From Eledone cirrhosa (lineage: Eukaryota): a DNA stretch of 64,000 nucleotides. The stretch is taken from the NCBI GenBank assembly GCA_964016885.1, contig OZ024759.1, positions 1 through 64,000 on the forward strand, in the 5' to 3' direction. Below, piece after piece: positions 43,872-56,576 of the stretch. The notes under the pieces are model-generated. The model had not been told where the DNA came from and ran no database searches. It was given only the letters and a program-made list of their open reading frames with translations. Every line of letters begins with the position of its first letter. Positions within the stretch are counted from its first letter, which is position 1. The translations under genes were made by a program, and so were the position numbers.

Positions 43872-45465
43872 GTAGAGCTATACCAAAGGACAGGCGTAGC
43901 AGCACCATCATTAACTGCTACAAGTGTAAAGGAGACGCCCTAGATAGGGGAAACTATAGAAGCATTAAATTAATTGACCAGGTCATGAAGATCACAGAAA
44001 AAGTAATAGCGCAACTAATTAGAGAACAAATTGATCTGGATGAAATGCAGTTCGGGTTTGTGTCAGGTAAAAGTACCACAGACGCTCTTTTCATTGTACG
44101 ACAAATACAGGAGAAGTACCTAGCTAAAAGTAAACCCGTATACTTAGCTTTCGTTGACTTGGAGAAAGCCTTCGACAGAGTCCCCCATTCCATTATCTGG
44201 TGGGCTCTCAGAAAACTAGGTGTTGATGAATGGCTTGTGAGAGCTTTACAAGCCATGTATAAAGAAACAGCCAGCAAGGTTAGAATTAACAACGAATATA
44301 GTGAAGAGTTTAGCGTAAAAGTTGGTGTTCATCAGGGCTCCGTCCTTAGCCCCTCCTATTTATTATCGCCCTTCAAGCTATAACGGAAGAGTTCAAGACC
44401 GGCTGCCCATGGGAACTCCTATATGCAGATGATCTAACGCTCATAGCTGAATCAATGGCTGAACTAGAGAAGAAATTCCAAACATGGAAGCATGGCCTAG
44501 AATCAAAAGGCCTTAAAATTAACTTGTCTAAGACTAAAGTTCTAATATGTAGGAAGGAGCATAGGGCACTGGTCCCATCTGGGAAATGGCCATGCTCAGT
44601 GTGTAGGAAAGGAGTAGGCAGAAACTCCATTTTATGTCCCAAATGCAAAGTATGGGTACATAAAAGATGTAGTGGGATCACAGGTAAGTTAACTAAGAAC
44701 ATAGATTTTATATGTGGCCGGTGCTCTGGTGCAATAAGTAGCAGCAAGTGCCCACAGGATACTAGCTCATTCCATTGTCCAGATGGTTCTATAGAAATAG
44801 TGGACACCTTCCGTTACCTGGGTGACAAAATTAGCAGTGGTGGAGGGTGCTCCGAAAGTACTGTAGCTAGAGTCAGAACGGGATGGAAAAAGTTCAGAGA
44901 GCTTATACCACTATTGGCCACAAAAGATTTCTCTCTAAAAATGAAAGGCAGGCTGTATGATGACTGCATACGAACAGAGATGTTACATGGCAGTGAGATA
45001 TGGGCCTTGTGTGCAGACTGGAGAGGAACGAAGCTTGCATGCTCCGTTGGATGTGTAATAGTAATATACGCGAACGGCAAAGCATAAATCAACTAAGGGA
45101 GAAATTAGGAATAAGAGGGATCACATGCTGTTTGCTCGAGAGAAGACTACGTTGGTATGGTCACCTGATGTGCATGAAAGACGACAGAAAAACCTGGGAC
45201 GACTTGATAAATTCCGACCTTACACACACCTCTCTAAGACAATGTCACTGGACCGAGATCTTTGGCGCCACGCAGTAATCCAGAAGACCCACCTTCCCTA
45301 CGTGCAAAGTTAACCTACAGTCAGTTGGCCCCTCCAAACCAAACATACACTCCAACTCACCACCCCTACTCCATCCTCCCACTCCCACCAACACCACCCT
45401 TTCTCTATAAAGTTATGTTGGTACCACAACATCCAGTCCAAACTAATGAGGTCGTGTAGGTGTCA
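43872..45465 (+). mobile_element. 5'-truncated RTE-clade LINE (RT with PHD-like Cys finger), frameshifted
   Basis: FVDLEKAFDRV, GVHQGSVLSP, YADDL, CSVC..CPKC..VHKRC. Confidence 0.92.
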
Positions 45466-45876
45466 GCAATTTCCCCCAATGCGTTACTGGTACTTTATTT
45501 TATCGATGCAAGGCAAAGTTAACCTCGGCAGGATTTGAACTCAGAATATAAAGGGCCATAACTCTATGCTGCAAGGGCCAAAACACTTGCTTGATAGTGG
45601 TTTCTACTTTGAAGATATATATTAATGTACGCACACGGCTAGAAATGATTATCTCCCTTAGACTGTAAAAAGTTAGTCGGATTTATATAACGGATTAAAG
45701 TTTTAGCAAAGAATCGCTGCTTTGACCCTTAAAGGGATCTTCTGAAACTATATATTCCCACTTTTCTCGTGATGAAAGACTTATGCCCGAAACGACCCCC
45801 CCCCCCCACACTCTTAAGCATGTTTGTACTGCACTCTTCGTTATTGTTTTTGTTTTTAACTTATATATATATATAT

Positions 45877-46311
45877 ACGATATTAAATAAATGGAAACTA
45901 TATTTATAAAACCATATTTATTTCATTATATATATTTCAGGGATATCATATTAAAAATATGGTATGCCTTCATCAGACAAAATACAATATAAACAGTCTT
46001 ATAAATAGATAGATTTGACATACCTTACACTTCAACTTCCATTTAAAAAGTTGATTTTTAAATGGAAGTTGAAGTGTAAGGTATGTCAAATCTATCTATT
46101 TATAAGACTGTTTATATTGTATTTTGTCTGATGAAGGCATACCATATTTTTAATATGATATCCCTGAAATATATATAATGAAATAAATATGGTTTTATAA
46201 ATATAGTTTCCATTTATTTAATATCGTAAATATACTCCAAATACTTGTTGAGTGCTTTTATATCAGTTATAAATATTTACTCGTTGTAACCCAACAATTT
46301 AAATAAAACTT

Positions 46312-46316
<5 letters not shown>
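45877..46316. mobile_element. Perfect ORF-less family A hairpin element with two intact hammerheads
   Basis: ~175-bp arms centred at ~46052 plus ~90-nt tail; CTGATGA at 45970-45976 (-) and 46128-46134 (+); (TA)n flanks. Confidence 0.92.
46097..46205 (+). ncRNA. Type I hammerhead ribozyme (family A) with palindromic minimal stem III
   Basis: Stem I TATTTTGT/ATGAAATA extended by TATTTATAAGAC/GTTTTATAAATA; CTGATGA; stem II AGG..CATATT/AATATG..CCT; GAAA-T(ATAT)A-TA. Confidence 0.82.
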
Positions 46317-46358
<42 letters not shown>

Positions 46359-46422
46359 AATAAAATATGGAGAAAAATATATATATATAATCAAAAGTTT
46401 AACAAGGTTCATTGATTAATCA

Positions 46423-46472
<50 letters not shown>

Positions 46473-47389
46473 TGAATAAATATATATATCGACTTTCGTC
46501 AAATCGGATCGATTTCCAGTTGCTAATACTATCTATCGCTCGCAACTCCAGGTAGAAGGAGCAACGTGAAATAAAGTGCATGGTCTGTGAATCGAACTTA
46601 CGATTGAGTGAAGGCACGTGGCTGAGTGGTTAGAGAATTGGAAACATATATATATATATATATATATAAACAATGTAACACCTATTTAATCCATTAATTA
46701 TTCTTTAATCTTTAATTTATTTCATAAATAACATTACAAATCGTTTGCAATTCTTTAAGAATGAAAATATAAACAGAGCATATAAATAAATTTATAGTAG
46801 AATAACATAACAAATATGTTTTAAATATATACATAAATAACATTACAAAAGCTTAGACAACATTATAAATAGCTCGCGATTCTTTCAGAAAGATATATTC
46901 TTTTAATGTTACAATATTAAAGAAAATGTAAAGGAAGGGGTGAACAACGGAGCCAACAGCAGAGCAAAAGACACCAACGATGAGTACTGGGTAACCTCTC
47001 TAATGATTTTCTAATTAATTATTGCTAGGAACCTTATAAATAAAATATACAATCAAAGCAAGACTAATTGTAACACTGACAGCTAAACCCTAAGCTCTAA
47101 CCTTGTATATGTAACTATGTAAATATAACTATCTATATGTATGTACACAGCGCTGTACATACATAGTTGATGCGGTTGGACTTCCATAGTGGGTCACATG
47201 ACAACAATTCTAGCGTGGCCTCCTTAGCAACGGTAGCGTTGTGTGTCACGTGTTGGTAAGCCAGAAACCTTTTAAGTTCGCTAGCAGCAAACATTGAAAT
47301 AATGTCCAAGAAAACGGGCAAAATTACCAACGGACAAACGAAATGGGAAACTGGTCTTGTTCAGGCCCAGTTGTGCGAGGTGTGTACTT

Positions 47390-47424
<35 letters not shown>

Positions 47425-47580
47425 TTCTATGTACTGTGCCGTTTGTTTTGTTATTTCTGTTTACCTTTTACACACACCCACCCATATATATATGCTTACC
47501 TACCTGCCTATCTATCCCCCCCCTCTCTCTGTATGTGTGTGTATATATATATATATATATGAGTGTGTGTGTGTGTATAT

Positions 47581-47935
47581 ATATTAAAATAACAGAATAA
47601 AGTTTAAACAAAGAATCGCTGCTTTCACCCTTAAAGGGATCTTCTGAAACTAAAAACAAAATCAATTTATTTTTAGTTTCGGAAGATCCCGTTAAGGGTG
47701 AAAGCAGCGATTCTTTGCTTAAACTTTAATCTGTTATTTTAATAAACATTTGCTCTATGGTTTTATATATTTTGATATATATATAATCCTTATCGAGCCC
47801 TCTTTGGATTTTAGTCTTCACATTTATTATTATTACTATATATATATATATATATATTAAAATAACAGATTAAAGTTTAAGCAAAGAATCGCCGCTTTCA
47901 CCCTTAACGGGATCTTCTGAAACTAAAAAAATCAA
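47581..47935. mobile_element. Family F hairpin element with tail, plus a third arm; hammerhead-like motifs with CAGAAGA/CGGAAGA cores
   Basis: 47601-47651 (-), 47675-47725 (+), 47874-47924 (-); remnants at 29713-29866 and 45691-45750. Confidence 0.75.
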
Positions 47936-49186
47936 TCTGTGAACGCAGAAGTAAATAATTCGAAAAACATTGGAACCGAAGGAAAACAGGAAGACGGTAC
48001 TTTGGTTCGTGAAGACGTTCTCTAGCAATAGACGGAAAAAAGCGAAGATAATACATTGTTATGTGGAACGGTGAGAAAATTACACGCAAAGACAAAACCA
48101 CGTTTATAGTATAAATGGAGTCATTAGACTAACTAGCAGAAAAACCACCCTTACCCTCGGGTGGTTTTTCTGCTAGTATGTATAGAATGTATATTGATAT
48201 TATACGCAAGTATATATACATGTAGATATGATACATCAAATAAAATCGTAATTGACAATATACACGAAGACTGTGTTACACTGTCTTCTAAATTGAACGA
48301 TATTATATATAAACTGCATTAGGAGAAAATTAGTGACGGAAATATATGAATGTTTATTTAAGCGATCGCTAACCGGAAGTGTTGACATTTGAAAATTTTA
48401 AAGAAGTGAATTTTAAAATTAGCAACAAAATTATTGATATCTAATAAAAAAAAATAACGAAATTTAGTAGATAAATTATGAAATATTCATTCATTATTTA
48501 TTCAAAGTAATCCAACTTATTTTACAAACGGGATAAAAATAAATAAATCCGGCACTCCTTTATTATAGTTTAGACATTCTATTTAGGAAACTGAATGATT
48601 CTCGGCTTCGGAGAAATGTAAATAAATTAGTAGAAGGAAAATAACAGAGGTTATTGAAACCATAAAAGTAATAATAGTTAAATATATACATACACACATC
48701 TCAGTACGTACATACACATGCATATGCGAAAACACACGCCATACATGTATATACACACCTACGTAAACTGGCACAACACACACATACCTGCACACATATG
48801 AACGTATACACCAAATACACATAAAAATATATGTGTGTGTGTGTGTATACATATAATTTTATATACATATATAAATATACACGCATGAATACGTATATAA
48901 CACACACACATACCTACAGGTAAATACACATATGTTCACCAAACGTACATATACCAAACCCTATGTACACATACACACGTGCAAACACACATACACACTC
49001 ATACATACCCATATATACACATATACAAAAGATACAGCAACACATACACAAACCCAACGATATATACACACACACATCATCATCATCTTCGTTTAACGTC
49101 CAATTTTCTGATGATTGTGTGTATATATGGATTATTGTTGGGTTTGTGTATGTGTTGCTGTATCTTTTGTATATATATATATATAT

Positions 49187-50480
49187 CATCATCATCATCA
49201 TTTTATGTCCGCTTTTCCCTGCTTGCAAGGGTGGGACGGGTCCTATTCAGCACAGCATCTCTACACCCATCATGGTCCTTTGTCATCTCCTCCGTGAGTT
49301 TCAGCGATCTGAGGTCTGCTCTCACCACCTCCGCCCATGATTTTCGTGGTCTTCCTCTACCACGTCTTCCTTCCACTGGCATTTTCTTGCACTTCTTCAC
49401 CCATCGGTCAATCTCTATGCGCATCACATGTCCATACCACCTCAGTCTCCTCTCCCGTACACCACATGCTATCCCTCTCAGACACAGTTTCTCTCTCAAC
49501 ACATCCATGCTGGGTTGTTCACACACATTTACACTGCACATCCAATGGAGCATGTTTGCCTCATCTCCATATTTCACCAGATCTACCTGTGAGAGTGCCA
49601 ACATTAAGTGTGACAACCCTGAGATGTGAGACATCCACCTGTCTTCTCTCCAGCATCTCCACTATCTCACCAGATCTACCTGTGAGAGTGCCAACATTAA
49701 GTGTGACAACTCTGAGATGTGACACATCCACCTGTCTTCTCTCCAGCATCTCCACTATCTCACCAGATCTACCTGTGAGAGTGCCAACATTAAGTGTGAC
49801 AACCCTGAGATGCGACACATCCACATGTCTTCTCTCCAGCATCTCCACTATCTCACCAGATCTACCTGTGAGAGTGCCAACATTAAGTGTGACAACTCTG
49901 AGATGTGACACATCCACCTGTCTTCTCTCCAGCATCTCCGCTATCTCACCAGATTTACCTGTGAGAGTGCCAACATTAAGTGTGACAACCCTGAGATGCG
50001 ACACATCCACATGTCTTCTCTCCAGCATCTCCGCTATCTCACCAGATCTACCTGTGAGAGTGCCAACATTAAGTGTGGCAACCCTGAGATGTGACACATC
50101 CACCTGTCTTCTCTCCAGCATCTCCACTATCTCACCAGATCTACCTGTGAGAGTGCCAACATTAAGTGTGACAACCCTGAGATGTGAGACATCCACCTGT
50201 CTTCTCTCCAGCATCTCCACTATCTCACCAGATCTACCTGTGAGAGTGCCAACATTAAGTGTGGCAACCCTGAGATGTGACACATCCACCTATCTTCTCT
50301 CCAGCATCTCCGCTATCTCACCAGATCTACCTGTGAGAGTGCCAACATTAAGTGTGGCAACTCTGAGATGCGACGTCTTCATATTCTTGTTCTTGTTCCT
50401 GTTGTGCAATTGCTTGAAGACAGTCGGAGAGTTCTCGCACATGGCCGCACCAGCCACCCCACTACCGTGCTCAGCCCTAA
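49187..50480 (-). mobile_element. Internally deleted RTE LINE: ORF start, tandem APE N-terminal repeats, and 3' end
   Basis: RRLRWYGHVMR...GRGRPRKSW C-terminus with (TGA)n tail; LRVATLNVGTL APE start. Confidence 0.85.
49561..50372 (-). repeat. 93-bp (31-codon) tandem repeat, about 8.7 copies
   Basis: VSHLRVVTLNVGTLTGRSGEIVEMLERRQVD repeated in frame. Confidence 0.95.
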
Positions 50481-50717
50481 CATGGTTAGTGTTATTGCTG
50501 TTTACGCAGTTATTGTGATATATATTTGTTGTTGTCCTCATAATTGTTATGGCATTGATACACTGGTTGGATGCCCTTCCTAACACCAGTCTGGCAGAAT
50601 ATCGGTTGACAGCCTGCCAAACTACATCCAGGCAATGCAACTCCACATCACTAACACAAGAGAGGTAACACCACAGGAGCATGAGGATAGAGAAAAAGCC
50701 CTCAATGCCCATATGGT

Positions 50718-52776
50718 GATCATCATCATCATCATCATCAGGTTTAGCGTCCGTGTTCCACGCTTGCATGGGTTTGGACGGGGGTTTTCCCACTTGAGGC
50801 AAGAGTGGTTGTCTTGCTCGCATAGGACTGTCTGGCGGGTTTTCTACAGTTGGATGCCCTTCTTAACACCAACCACATTTACAGTGTGGGGCTGGGAGGT
50901 TTTTACCGTGTTGCCTACACGGCCACATTACAGCGTGGACTGTCTGGCGGGTTTTCTACAGCTGGATGCCCTTCCTAACACCAACCACATTTACAGTGTG
51001 GGGCTGGGAGGTTTTTACCGTGTTGCCTACACGGCCACATTTACAGCGTGGACTGTGTGTTTTTTTGTCGTGACACCTACACGATCTCATTTGTTTCGGC
51101 CTGGATGTTGTGGGACCAACATAACTTTACATTGAAAGGGGCGGTGTGGATGGAGTGGAGGTGGTGGGACGGGGGGGGGGGGGGTTGATAGAGATGCTTA
51201 CTGACTGTAGTAGGTTTTTACTTTGTATTTAGGTAAGGCGGGTCTTCTCTATTACTGAGTACCGCCAAAGGTCTCGGTCCAGTGACATTGTCTTGGAGAG
51301 GTGTAAGTGTGTGAGGTCGGAATTTATCAGCTCATCCCATGTTTTTCTGGGTCTGCCTACTCCGTGGCTACCGTCTATCTTTATTGCCCTGCACTTTGTT
51401 ATACAGTTGTCGTCTTTCATGCGCATCACGTGACCGTACCAACGTAGCCTTATCTCGAGTAAACAACATCTGATCCCTCTTATTTCTAATTTTTTCCTTA
51501 GTTCGTTTATGCTTTGCCGTTCATGTATATTACTATTGCACATCCAGCGGACCATGCAAGCTTCGTTCCTCTCTAGTCTGCGTATATCCTCTGCACACAA
51601 TGCCCAGGTCTCACTGCCATGCAGCATTGCTGTTCGTATGCAGGCATCGTATAACCTGCCTTTCATTTTTAGGGAGAACCCTCTAGCGGCTAATAGTGGT
51701 ATAAGCTCTCTGAACTTTTTCCATCCAGTTCTGACTCTAGCTACTGTACTTTCAGAGCACCCTCCCCCACTGCTGATTTTGTCACCCAGGTAACGGAAGC
51801 TGTCCACTATTTCTATAGAACCCTCTGCGCAGTTGAAGGAGCTAGTATTTTGTGGGCACTTGCTGCTACTTATTGCACCAGAGCACCGGCCACATATAAA
51901 ATCTATGTTCTTAGTTAGCTTACCTGTGATCCCACTACATCTTTTATGCACCCATACTTTGCATTTGGGACATAAAATGGAGTTTCTACCTACGCCTTTC
52001 CTACACACTGAGCATGGCCATTTCCCAGATGGGACTGCCGCCTTATTTTCTTTACTACAAACTAGAACTTTAGTCTTAGCCAGGTTAATTTTAAGGCCTT
52101 TTGATTCTAGGCCGTGCTTCCATGTTTGGAATTTCTTCTCTAGTTCGGTCATTGATTCAGCTATGAGCGTTAGATCATCTGCGTATAGGAGTTCCCATGG
52201 GCAGCCGGTCTTGAACTCCTCTGTTATAGCCTGAAGGGCAATAATAAATAGTAGGGGGCTAAGAACAGAGCCCTGATGGACACCAACTTTTACGCTAAAC
52301 TCTTCACTATATTCGTTGTTAATTCTAACCTTACTGACTGTTTCTTTGTACATGGCTTGTATAGCTCTCACAAGCCATTCGTCAACACCTAGTTTTCTAA
52401 GAGACCACCAGATAATGGAACGGGGGACTCTGTCGGAGGCTATCTCCAAGTCGACGAAAGCTAAGTATAGGGGTTTACTTTTAGCTAGGTACTTCTCCTG
52501 TAGTTGTCGTACAATGAAAAGAGCGTCTGTGGTACTTTTGCCTGACACAAACCCGAACTGCATTTCATCTAGGTCAATTCTCTCTCTGATTAGTTGCGCT
52601 ATTACTTTTTCCGTGAACTTCATGACCTGGTCGATTAATTTAATGCCTCTATAGTTACTCCTATCTAGGGCATCTCCTTTTCCCTTATAGCAGTTAACGA
52701 TGATGCTGCTACGCCAGTCCTTCGGAACAACCCCATTCTGTACGACTTGGTTAACTTTCCGGGTGACCATGGTGTG
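50718..52776 (-). mobile_element. 5'-truncated RTE-clade LINE with open RT-PHD-C-terminal frame and 3' UTR
   Basis: ORF 51229-52776; ~110-bp duplication in the 3' UTR; (TGA)n tail. Confidence 0.93.
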
Positions 52777-54096
52777 ATGTGGACGAATATAATGCAGCCC
52801 AACAAAAGGACTGCCAACAACTTCCAGGCCTGGAACAATGACGTGCCGGCGTTGTATGGGCTTCGAAAATACCATAAAACGGGCTGTGACCCTGTCGCGG
52901 GACCACCAACACGACCAGTCTGTGGAGCTAACATTGCTAGTAACTACAGACTGTCCTACTTCCTCTCCCTGATCATACGCCCCATCATTGAGATGTCCCC
53001 AGATGTATGTGACAGCACGGAGGACCTCCTCAGCAGAATCGGCGTGAGTAACCGATCTGGGGACCTAACAAACTGCATAATAGGCAGTATGGATGTTGTG
53101 TCCCTGTATCCATCTATTGACGTGGATTTTGCTGTGGAGAAATGCGTAGAAATGATCAGCGAGAGCAAGGTTGAGTTCCGTGGGATTGATACCAGTGAGC
53201 TGGGACTTCTACTTAAGCTTACCTATAGTAATAGTTACCTAGACACATATGACCTTAGCAACCTGTGCCCTACAAGACCAGCAAGAGGCAGACCACCTAC
53301 CATCACCTCAATGGCCAAGAAAACCCACACAGATAGATGGAACGGGTGGACCAGAGCCATACGGACACCCGAAAACCACGATGAACTGAAGAAAATGATT
53401 GCACATGCGGTAGGGGCCAGCATAAAACTAACCCTTAAGGAACATATGTTCAAATTTAATGGAAAAACATATGCCCAAGAGGAAGGAGCAGCCATTGGTG
53501 TTAGCATTGCAGGCGACATAGCTAACTTATTCATGGTATGGTGGGACAGTAGACTTAAACTTAAACTTAAAGAACAATTAGAAGACAGGTTAACCCTGAT
53601 AATGTACTCCCGCTACGTAGATGATATAAACATCGTAGTTAAGACACCCCCACTAGAGAACAGTCAGGAACTAGAGAAAAACACAATGGAAAGCATCCAG
53701 CAAATAGCAAACTCCATCCACCAGAGCATTAGAGTTACTATAGACTACCCAAGTAGATACCCCAACCATCGATTACCTGTACTAGACACAGAGCTCTGGT
53801 TAGATACCATTAACAACCAAAAACAAATCCTCCATTCCCATTATGCCAAACCCATGACTTCCAAACATCTGATCCACCGAAACTCGGCCATTTCGGACCA
53901 TACCAAAATCAACATACTGATTGCGGATTTGGTACGGGTGATGAGAAATGTGTCCCGCATGTGCAACCCCGAAGAACTAGAGAGACACATACAACACTTC
54001 ATCCACCGTATGCAGTTCTCTGGCTACAATCAGAGAGATAGAATCAGAGTGTATAGAGGAGCCAGAACCAAATGGAAAAAAATGGTAAATAATGAC

Positions 54097-55451
54097 CTGA
54101 CACTCATAGCGGAATCAATGGCCGAGCTAGAGAAGAAATTCCAAACATGGAAGCACGGCCTAGAGTCAAAAGGACTTAAAATTAACCTGGCTAAGACCAA
54201 AGTTCTAGTTTGTAGGAAAGAAAACAAGGCGGCGGTCCCTTCTGGGAAATGGTCGTGCTCGGTATGTAGGAAAGGCGTAGGTAGAAACTCCATCTTATGT
54301 CCTAAATGCAAAGTATGGGTGCATAAAAGATGTAGTGGGATCACAGGTAAGCTAACTAAGAACATAGACTTTACATGTGGCCGGTGTTCTGGTGCAATAA
54401 GTAGCAGCAAGTGCCCACAAAATACTAGCTCTTTCAATTGCGCAGAGGGTTCTATAGAAATAGTGGACAGCTTCCGTTACCTGGGCGATAAAATCAGCAG
54501 TGGGGGAGGGTGCTCTGAAAGTACTGTAGCTAGAGTCAGAACTGGTTGGAAAAAGTTCAGAGAGCTTATACCACTATTAGCTGCTAAAGGGTTCTCCCTA
54601 AAAATGAAAGGCAGGTTGTACGATGCCTGCATACGAACAGCAATGTTGCATGGTAGTGAGACCTGGGCATTGTGTGCAGAGGATATACGCAGACTAGAGA
54701 GGAACGAAGCTTGCATGCTCCGCTGGATGTGTAACAGTAATATACGTGAACGGCAAAGCATAAACGAACTAAGGAAAAAATTAGAGATAAGAGGGATCAG
54801 ATGTTGTTTACTCGAGAGAAGGCTGCGTTGGTATGGACACGTGATGCGCATGAAAGTCGATAGCTGTATTACAAAGTGCAGGGCAATAAAGATAGACGGT
54901 AGCCACGGAATAGGCAGACCTAGAAAAACATGGGATGAGCTGATAAACTCCGACCTCACACACTTACACCTCTCCAAGACAATGTCACTGGACCGTGACC
55001 TTTGGCGGTACTCAGTAACAGAGAAGACCCGCCTTGCCAGATGTATAGATAAGAAATGTATAACCTGTAAAATAAGCCCCCATATTAACTGTAACAAAAT
55101 ACACCCCGTCCCGCCACCACCCCCACCCCATCCACACCACCCCGTTCTATGTAAAGTTATGTTGGTGCCGCGCCATCCAGGCCGAAACAAATGAGATCGT
55201 GTAGGTGTCACGACAAAAAAACACACAGTCCACGCTGTAATGTGGCCGTGTAGGCAACACGGTAAAAACCTCCCAGACCCACACTGTAAATGTGGTTGGT
55301 GTTAGGAAGGGCATCCAACTGTAGAAAACCTGCCAGACAGTCCTATGCGAGCAAGACAATCACTCTTGCCTCAAGTGGGACTACCCCCGTCCAAACCCAT
55401 GCAAGCGTGGAACACGGACGTTAAGCGTTGATGATGATGATGATGATGATG
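54097..55451 (+). mobile_element. 5'-truncated RTE LINE nested in frame in the PLE ORF
   Basis: LTLIAESMAELEKK...EKTRL; (TGA)n tail; AATGAC on both sides (54091-54096, 55452-55457). Confidence 0.92.
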
Positions 55452-56317
55452 AATGACATAAATGGGACCTGCCCCTTGTATAGGAGCAAATTTTGGAATA
55501 GAATAGAAAGAACTAGGAACAAGGCTAATAGAATAAACTCATGGTATGATAGCAATAAATACCAGAGTGTAATGTTCATCGATACAACCCCTAGAGGCGA
55601 ACTAGCCTACAAATTTAGAAGGGCCCTAAATAAACATAAACTCAATATTAAGATAGTAGAAAGACCAGGTACCTCCGTAAAAACACTTATTAGCAAGACA
55701 TACCCTTTTCAAAGACCCTCATGTATAGATAAGAAATGTATAACCTGTAAAATAAGCCCCCATATTAACTGTAAAACTAGAAATGTAGTGTATAGCATAA
55801 GATGTACTGAAGGACAATGTAGAAACAAAAATATAGTGTACATAGGTGAGACAGCTCGTAGTATAGGGGAACGGATAAATGAACACTGGCGAGACCTTCA
55901 AGATAATAAAGAATCATCTGTACTCTACCAACATGCTAAGATAGAACACAAGGGTAAATTAGAGAACATAGAAATAAAAATAGAATCTACACACAGAAAA
56001 GACGCAATGTTTAGACAAATTACAGAGGCAATAAACATAAAAGAATTACAACCAAAATTAAATAAAAATTATGAGTGGAACAGCAACATCACAACTTACA
56101 ATTAAGGACAAAATGAAAACACATACACAAATAGAACAAACAACCAACCAATAACATGTAAATAAATAAATAAATAAACAAATAGATAAATGAACATAAA
56201 CACACACAGACACCCGGACGTGGCGCATGCGCAAACTGAGCACACAACACACACACAGAAACAAAATGGCGTAGGACAGAAGAAAAGAAAGGCACAGAAA
56301 CAAAGAAAGGAATCCCC

Positions 56318-56362
56318 AGTCACTGAAGAGGTCACAGAGTGTGTGACGAAAGGACTATGACT
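56318..56362 (+). ncRNA. Minimal type I hammerhead ribozyme in the PLE 3' terminal repeat
   Basis: AGTCA-CTGAAGA-G-GTCAC(AGAGTGT)GTGAC-GAAA-GGAC-TA-TGACT. Confidence 0.8.
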
Positions 56363-56576
56363 ATATATAAACAACTATCTGGTTGTGGAACCAACCAACC
56401 AACCAGAAATTTATAGATTTGTAAATTTGTAAATTTATAAATATATAATAAATTGAAGTGAAAGCAACTGGTGCGTGTGTTTCTTATTGGCAACATGACC
56501 CTCCCAAAGTATAACAATATCGGTTTCAACACACGATTTCAGATAAAGAATCTTGCTAAACAAATTCAGAAACGAA

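Noticed and set aside
45760-45795. GTGATGA...GAAAC hammerhead-like motif
   Set aside because: Core mutated and stems I and II cannot be paired convincingly
47133-47390. Non-repetitive, higher-GC stretch as a possible host exon
   Set aside because: No recognisable protein similarity or convincing splice-site pair
49337-50518. 393-aa plus-strand repeat protein
   Set aside because: Antisense of the 93-bp RTE-derived repeat
50718-55451. Inverted RTE copies as terminal repeats of a composite element around the PLE RT
   Set aside because: Copies differ at many sites and in length, and the right one has its own flanking duplication; independent insertions
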